Positions 58,663 through 64,000 of a DNA stretch of 64,000 bases are shown piece after piece. A model generated the notes under the pieces. The model ran no database searches. It saw nothing but the letters and a program-made list of their open reading frames with translations, and was not told the DNA's origin. Position 1 is the first letter of the stretch. The number at the start of each line of letters is the position of its first letter. Source of the DNA: an uncultured Chloroflexia bacterium (GTDB lineage Bacteria; Chloroflexota; Limnocylindria; Limnocylindrales; CSP1-4); the NCBI GenBank assembly GCA_963748625.1, contig CAVVJT010000002.1:32001-96000 (forward strand). The letters are read 5' to 3'. A program made the position numbers and the translations under genes.

Positions 58663-59868
58663 CTACTCGACCGTGAGGGTCGCCCGATCCGTCCCCTGGC
58701 CGTCGGCTGGAGTGTCCACGAGGACCGTCGCAAGCCCGCTGCCGGGCATGGCGCCTGACGGGATCGTCGTGGTGAAGGTGGCGACGCCACCCCCGTCTGT
58801 CTGGATCTCGCGCGAGATGATCGCCTCGAGGCCGGGGACGGACACGGTGAACAGCGCCGCCGCGCCCTTGACACGCTGCCCGTCCGAGCCCGTGACGGTC
58901 ACGGTGAACGTCACCTCCTTGGGCAGCTTGGAGGCCGAGAACCGGTAGCGGCTGCCGATAAGCACCACGGACAGCTTGCCCTCACCACGGCGCAGCGTGA
59001 TGGTGTTGGTGTTCTCGTTGCCCGCGAGGTCCGTCACCGTCACGGTGATCACGTTGGCGCCGTCCGCGAGCGCGATCGACGTCTCCCACAACCCGTCATC
59101 GCCGGCAATCGCCTCGGCGTTTGCGCCGTTGGAGGCGTTCTGGGCGCGGACCGCGGCCTTGGGCTGCGTCTTGCCCTTCAGCGTCGCCGTGCTCTTCTTG
59201 ATCCGGGCGCCGTCCTTGGGCGAGATGATCGTCGCCTTCGGCTTGAGGTTGTCCATCACCCAGGTGGCCACGCCGGAGGGCTCGCTCTCGCCGCCCGGCC
59301 CCACCACCGTGGCCTGGAAGTCGTTGCGACCCTCCGCCAGCTCGACCTCGGGGATGACCAGCTTCGAGAGCTCCCCGACGCCGACCTCGGTGACGAGGGC
59401 CGGATCCTTGTCGGCGACGGCGACGTAGAGCCGGATCGTGTAGCCCTCAATGCCGGTGATGGCGGTGGGCACGTTCACGATGATGTCCGTGGTCGCCTCG
59501 TTCGTGTACGGGGTGTCGGGGGCCTCGATCGTGGGCGGCTCGCCCACCTCCGGCGCCGCTGTCGGTGCGGAGCTGCTGACCACGCCGCCGACCTGGGTCA
59601 CGAACCCCCCGATGCCGGCGACCACGGACGACACGAAGGGGCCGACCGCCCCGCTGCCGATCCAGACGATGGATGCGCCCAGGGCGAGGATGGCCACGGC
59701 GAGGAACAGCTTCATCGGCAGTGGCAGGCCGCGGCGCCGCTCCAGGTCCCGGTACCGGTCCATCCGGCGCGGCGACGGGGCGCTGGGCCGGACCCGGCTG
59801 GTCACGGGCCGGCGGCCGGCGGGGGGACGGGGTCGGACCTGCGAGGTCCGGTCGCGGCGGGAGTCCAT
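58663..59868 (-). CDS. Membrane-anchored protein with bacterial Ig-like domains
   Basis: N-terminal TM; LAEGRNDF and LADGANVITVTVTDLAGN Ig-type motifs. Confidence 0.8.
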   Translation of the reverse strand: MDSRRDRTSQVRPRPPAGRRPVTSRVRPSAPSPRRMDRYRDLERRRGLPLPMKLFLAVAILALGASIVWIGSGAVGPFVSSVVAGIGGFVTQVGGVVSSSAPTAAPEVGEPPTIEAPDTPYTNEATTDIIVNVPTAITGIEGYTIRLYVAVADKDPALVTEVGVGELSKLVIPEVELAEGRNDFQATVVGPGGESEPSGVATWVMDNLKPKATIISPKDGARIKKSTATLKGKTQPKAAVRAQNASNGANAEAIAGDDGLWETSIALADGANVITVTVTDLAGNENTNTITLRRGEGKLSVVLIGSRYRFSASKLPKEVTFTVTVTGSDGQRVKGAAALFTVSVPGLEAIISREIQTDGGGVATFTTTIPSGAMPGSGLATVLVDTPADGQGTDRATLTVE

Positions 59869-60117
59869 CTGGCGGAATTGTCGCACGGACAGGGGATCCC
59901 GCATCGGGGCGTGGGAGCGTGTCGCTGCGCGTCCCACCACGTCCCAGGCCGGAGCCTGCTGCCACCCACGGGCCGCACGGTGGTACGCTGCGTGCCACGT
60001 GCGACCCCAACCGCCCACGGGTCGCTCGAAGAGGGTGGAGTGGAGTCCCGAGACCGGAGGCCTGTGCGCCCGTCGCCGGGAGATCGTGGAGCCTGGAGGC
60101 ATGGCCCCATCTCCCGG

Positions 60118-60627
60118 GTGACTGCGCGCCCGGTACCGCCGGATGAGACCGCTGGCGCAGCCGGGTCCGCGGCTGGCGCAGCCGGGTCCGCGAACGGCTC
60201 GTCCGCCCCCGCGCGCAGGATGCCCGCACCACCACCTCGCCGCCAGCTGCCACCGGCGCCGTCGCCCACCGCCCCGCTGTCCGCCGCCCGGCCCTCAGCC
60301 CCGCAGCCGCCGCGCGTCTTCCTGGCCGCGAACCGGGTGGCCGCGAACCGGGCCCAACTGGCCACCGGCGCTGCCGGCAGGTCCGGCTTCGGGCTGCCGA
60401 GCCTGCGCCGCAACGTGTGCCCGCACTTCTACATGACGGGCTCCCGCGGCGCGATCCCCATCCAGGCCCCGCATCTGCTCAAGGGCCTCCTCCGCCAGCC
60501 CAACACCATCTCCCGATGCCAGCTTCGGGGCGGCGTCCATCTCGACGAGGGCTACGTCAACGACGTGTGCCTGACGCCCCGGTTCAACCAGTGCGTCTTC
60601 TACGAGGACGAGCTGACGCGCGAGTGA
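60118..60627 (+). CDS. Hypothetical protein with a 4-Cys C-terminal domain; start uncertain
   Basis: NVCPHFY…RCQL…VCLTPRFNQCVFYE; GTGA overlap with folC. Confidence 0.5.
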   Translation: MTARPVPPDETAGAAGSAAGAAGSANGSSAPARRMPAPPPRRQLPPAPSPTAPLSAARPSAPQPPRVFLAANRVAANRAQLATGAAGRSGFGLPSLRRNVCPHFYMTGSRGAIPIQAPHLLKGLLRQPNTISRCQLRGGVHLDEGYVNDVCLTPRFNQCVFYEDELTRE

Positions 60628-62060
60628 GCACGACGGATCCGCAGTCCGCGCCGCACTCTGAGGCCACGGGACAACCGCAGCCCCTCTCGACCGCACGGGC
60701 CACCGGCAGCACCTACGCCGAGGCCCTGGCTGCGATCGAGGCACGCGGCCGGTTCGGCATCCGCCTCGGGCTCGGCAGGGTCACGGCCCTCCTGCGCGCC
60801 ATGGGCGATCCGCAGCGCGAGGTGCGAGGCGCGCTCGTCGCGGGCACCAACGGCAAGGGCAGCGTCATCGCGCTGGCCGGGTCCGCCCTGCGCGCTGCCG
60901 GCTACCGCATCGGCGAGACGCCCAAGCCGCACCTCGTGACCTACCGCGAGCGGATCGTGGTGGATGGCCGCCCCATCGATGCGACCACGTTCGCGCGCCT
61001 GGTGGACGAGGCGATCCCCGCCGCCGATCGCATCGCGCGCCGCCTGGGTCCGCCCACGGAGTTCGAGCTGCTCACCGCGGTCATGTTCCGCCACTTCGCC
61101 GACGCGGAGCTTGACCTGGCGCTCGTGGAGGTGGGCCTCGGCGGCCGGCTCGACGCCACCAACGCCTGGGACGGCGGCGTCGCGGTGCTGACCAACGTGG
61201 GTCTCGACCATACCGACCGGCTGGGTCCCACGATCGCCGCGATCGCGAGGGAGAAGGCGGCGATCGTCAAGCGGGGGAACCTGGCCGTGACCGGCACGGA
61301 CGGCGAGGCCCTCGCGATCCTGCGCCGCCGGTGCGCCCGCCTCGGCGTGCCGCTCATCGTTGCCCCGCCCGCGCCGGTGCTGGGCTGGACGCGCGACGCA
61401 CTCACCGTGGAGCTGCCAGGCCTGGGCGCCGTGGACCTGGGGCTGCGCGGGCGGCACCAGGCGGCGAACGCGGCCGTCGCCGATGCCCTGCTGGACGCGC
61501 TGGCGGCCGCCGGGATCGCGTCGGTGCCCGCTGAGGCGCGACGCCGGGGCTACGCGACGGCGACCTGGGCGGGGCGCCTGGAGCTGGTCGAGGGACCGGG
61601 CGGCCGCGAGGTCCTCCTCGACGGGGCCCACAATCCCGACGGGGCGGCCGCGCTCGCGACGGCGTTGGACGACCTGCGGCCGCACCTGGCGGGGGGTCGC
61701 GACACGCCGGCGGCGCCGCTCACCCTCGTCTGGGCGGCCATGGCGGACAAGGACGTCGAGGGGGTGCTGCGCGCCTTAGCGGTCTCGCCGACGCTGGCCG
61801 GGGCCCGCATCGTGTGCACCGCGCCCGACCTCCCACGCGCGCTGCCCGCCGCGGCGCTCGCCGACCTGTGGCGCGCGGTCCTGCCAACCGCCCAGGTGGA
61901 GACCGCTCTCTCACCGGAGGCCGCCGTGGCGCGGGCCCTCGCCGCCGGCGGGTCGCACGCACGCGGGCCGGTGGTCGTGGCGGGCTCCCTCTACCTGGTG
62001 GGCGCCGCCCGGGCCGTGCTCGTGGACGATCCCGCGCTGCGGGACCCCGTGGCAGGATGA
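60624..62060 (+). CDS. folC: Dihydrofolate synthase/folylpolyglutamate synthase
   Basis: AGTNGKGS, EVGLGGRLDATN, DGAHN and GSLYLVG motifs. Confidence 0.95.
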   Translation: MSTTDPQSAPHSEATGQPQPLSTARATGSTYAEALAAIEARGRFGIRLGLGRVTALLRAMGDPQREVRGALVAGTNGKGSVIALAGSALRAAGYRIGETPKPHLVTYRERIVVDGRPIDATTFARLVDEAIPAADRIARRLGPPTEFELLTAVMFRHFADAELDLALVEVGLGGRLDATNAWDGGVAVLTNVGLDHTDRLGPTIAAIAREKAAIVKRGNLAVTGTDGEALAILRRRCARLGVPLIVAPPAPVLGWTRDALTVELPGLGAVDLGLRGRHQAANAAVADALLDALAAAGIASVPAEARRRGYATATWAGRLELVEGPGGREVLLDGAHNPDGAAALATALDDLRPHLAGGRDTPAAPLTLVWAAMADKDVEGVLRALAVSPTLAGARIVCTAPDLPRALPAAALADLWRAVLPTAQVETALSPEAAVARALAAGGSHARGPVVVAGSLYLVGAARAVLVDDPALRDPVAG

Positions 62061-63052
62061 CGGGCATGCACGAGCGCGACATCCCGGCCGATCGCAACGT
62101 GGTCCGTGAGCACCCCGCGCAGGGTGGGGGCGCGGCGACACCGTCATTCGGCCTGCCCAAAGGCGCCCCGACGGGCATCCCGGAGCCACCTTCCCCGCTC
62201 CAGGCCGGTCCGCTGCGCCTCGTCTGGGGCACGCGCACCTACGTCATGGGTGTGCTCAACGTCACGCCTGACTCGTTCTCGGGCGACGGGCTCCTCACGC
62301 CGGCGGGCGTCGACCCCGTGGCGGCCGCCCTGGCGCAGGCGCGCCGCATGGTGGCTGACGGCGCCGACATCCTCGACGTGGGCGGCGAGTCCACCCGGCC
62401 CGGCCACGCCCCTGTCGCCCAGGACGAGGAGCAGGCCCGCGTGGTGCCCGTCATCCGGGCCATTCGCGAGGCGCTCCCGAACACCGCGATCTCCATCGAC
62501 ACGACGAGCACCACCGTGGCCGCCGCCGCCCTCGATGCAGGCGCCCACATGCTCAACGACATCTGGGGTGTCTCGGTCGACCCTGCCATGGTGCGGCTCG
62601 CCGCCGCGCGGGGCGTGCCGATCGTGCTCATGCACAACCGCGCCGAGGCCCGCTACCGCAACGTCGTCGCCGAGGTCGTGACCGACCTCGCACACGCGCT
62701 GGACCGGGCGCTGGACGCCGGCGTTCCCTGGGATCACCTCGTGGTCGATCCCGGGTTCGGCTTCGGCAAGACGCCCGACCACAACCTCGCCGTCCTGGAG
62801 CACCTGGCAAGCCTCAAGGTCCTGGGCCGCCCCATCCTGCTCGGAACGTCGCGCAAGTCCACGCTGGGCAAGCTGCTGGACCTGCCGCCCGACCAGCGCG
62901 TCGAGGCCACCGCGGCAACGACCGCCCTGGGGATCGCGGCGGGAGCTGACATCGTCCGGGTCCACGATGTGCGCGAGAACGTCCGCACGGCGCGGGTCGC
63001 AGATGCGATCCTCCGTGGATGGCGCCCGGACGGGTGGCTGGCAGGCGGGTAG
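62057..63052 (+). CDS. folP: Dihydropteroate synthase
   Basis: MGVLNVTPDSFS, GGESTRPG, DPGFGFGK, GTSRKS and RVHDV motifs. Confidence 0.97.
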   Translation: MTGMHERDIPADRNVVREHPAQGGGAATPSFGLPKGAPTGIPEPPSPLQAGPLRLVWGTRTYVMGVLNVTPDSFSGDGLLTPAGVDPVAAALAQARRMVADGADILDVGGESTRPGHAPVAQDEEQARVVPVIRAIREALPNTAISIDTTSTTVAAAALDAGAHMLNDIWGVSVDPAMVRLAAARGVPIVLMHNRAEARYRNVVAEVVTDLAHALDRALDAGVPWDHLVVDPGFGFGKTPDHNLAVLEHLASLKVLGRPILLGTSRKSTLGKLLDLPPDQRVEATAATTALGIAAGADIVRVHDVRENVRTARVADAILRGWRPDGWLAGG

Positions 63053-63055
63053 GAC

Positions 63056-63421
63056 GTGAGCGACCGGATCTTCCTCGAGGGCATGGTGTTCTCGGGCACG
63101 CACGGCGTGTACGAGGAGGAGCAGCACAACCCGCAGCCGTTCGAGGTGGACGTGGAGCTCGCGCTCAACCTCCAGCCCGCCGGTCTCACCGACGACCTGG
63201 CACGGACCATCGACTACTCGAAGGTCTTCGACACCTGCCGGGAGATCGTCGAGACGACGCGCTTCAACCTGGTCGAGGCCCTGGCCGAGGCGATCGCGCA
63301 CGAGCTCCTGGCCAACTACCCGGCCGAGGAGGTCACGATCAGGATCTCGAAGCCCGCGATCCAGCTCGGCGGCACCTTCCGCGAGGCCGGCGTCGAGATC
63401 CGGCGGCGCCGCACGGCCTGA
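63056..63421 (+). CDS. folB: Dihydroneopterin aldolase
   Basis: HGVYEEE, DDLARTIDY, LVEALAE and KP motifs. Confidence 0.96.
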   Translation: MSDRIFLEGMVFSGTHGVYEEEQHNPQPFEVDVELALNLQPAGLTDDLARTIDYSKVFDTCREIVETTRFNLVEALAEAIAHELLANYPAEEVTIRISKPAIQLGGTFREAGVEIRRRRTA

Positions 63422-63515
63422 GCCGCTCGGACAGGGAAACGCGCCGTCCCGGGGCCCATCCGGAACGGCGCGTTGGAAGCGGCGACGGCGCGGACACCCG
63501 CACCGCCACCGTGCC

Positions 63516-64000
63516 TCACGGGTTCTCGGGGCGCGTGCCGAGCGTGAGGGTCAGGGAGATGGCCTCGCCGTTGCGGAGCACATCGAGGGTCACGGTGTCC
63601 CCGGGCGCGAACTGGACCAGGACCGCGTCCAGGGGATGGAGCTGGTCAAGCTTCTGGCCGTTGATGGCCGTCACGATGTCGCTGTCGAGGAGGCCGGCCG
63701 CGGCGGCAGGGCTGCCGGCCACGATCGCGGAGCCGGTCCCGCCCTGGTTGGTGACCAGCGCACCCTCTGCCACGGGCAGGCCGAGGTCCTTCTGCGCCTG
63801 CAGGTCGAGGGTCAGGAAGCGGATGCCGATCCACGGCCGGCTCAGGTCCACGCCGGCCAGGGCCTGGTCCATGATCGGGCGCGCGATGTCGATGGGGATC
63901 GCGAAGCCGATGCCGCTGGAGTCGGTCGCCACCGCGGTGTTGATCCCGACCACGGCGCCGGTGGCGTCGGTCAGCGGACCACCCGAGTTGCCTGGGTTGA
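63516..64000 (-). CDS. HtrA/DegP-like serine protease with PDZ domain (C-terminal part, truncated by window)
   Basis: NPGNSGGPL at the window edge, VVGINTA, GIGFAIP, and PDZ motif GSPAAAAGL. Confidence 0.93.
   Translation of the reverse strand, partial: NPGNSGGPLTDATGAVVGINTAVATDSSGIGFAIPIDIARPIMDQALAGVDLSRPWIGIRFLTLDLQAQKDLGLPVAEGALVTNQGGTGSAIVAGSPAAAAGLLDSDIVTAINGQKLDQLHPLDAVLVQFAPGDTVTLDVLRNGEAISLTLTLGTRPENP

Overview
A very GC-rich bacterial chromosomal window with monoderm-type features (PknB-PASTA kinase, SpaA/DUF11 surface proteins, many lipoproteins). Chloroflexota or Actinomycetota is my inference only. The housekeeping and metabolic content is: histidine utilisation (hutU, formiminotransferase, hutI), argS, tdh-kbl, a LacI-controlled maltodextrin/starch locus (ABC binding protein, 2 permeases, 2 GH13 neopullulanases, a lipoprotein amylopullulanase), tRNA-Glu(TTC), galU, pknB, folC-folP-folB and a truncated HtrA. 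The most unusual region is 14.1-28.1 kb. It holds five co-oriented secreted-protein genes, all ending in the same tripartite C-terminal signal (TPPPT[D/S][S/T], then a TM helix, then an Arg-rich tail). This looks like a non-canonical, sortase-like sorting signal. Two of these genes share a ~1 kb near-identical 3' cassette, and their upstream regions share a palindromic motif. Other signals are a candidate ~80-nt CU-rich sRNA with its own promoter and terminator, a three-copy length-conserved 150-bp palindromic element, other long intergenic hairpins, widespread leaderless-type promoters, and a GNAT with four NPF motifs. Several single-base frameshifts suggest residual indel errors in the assembly. 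Family names come from motif recognition by eye; no database searches were run.
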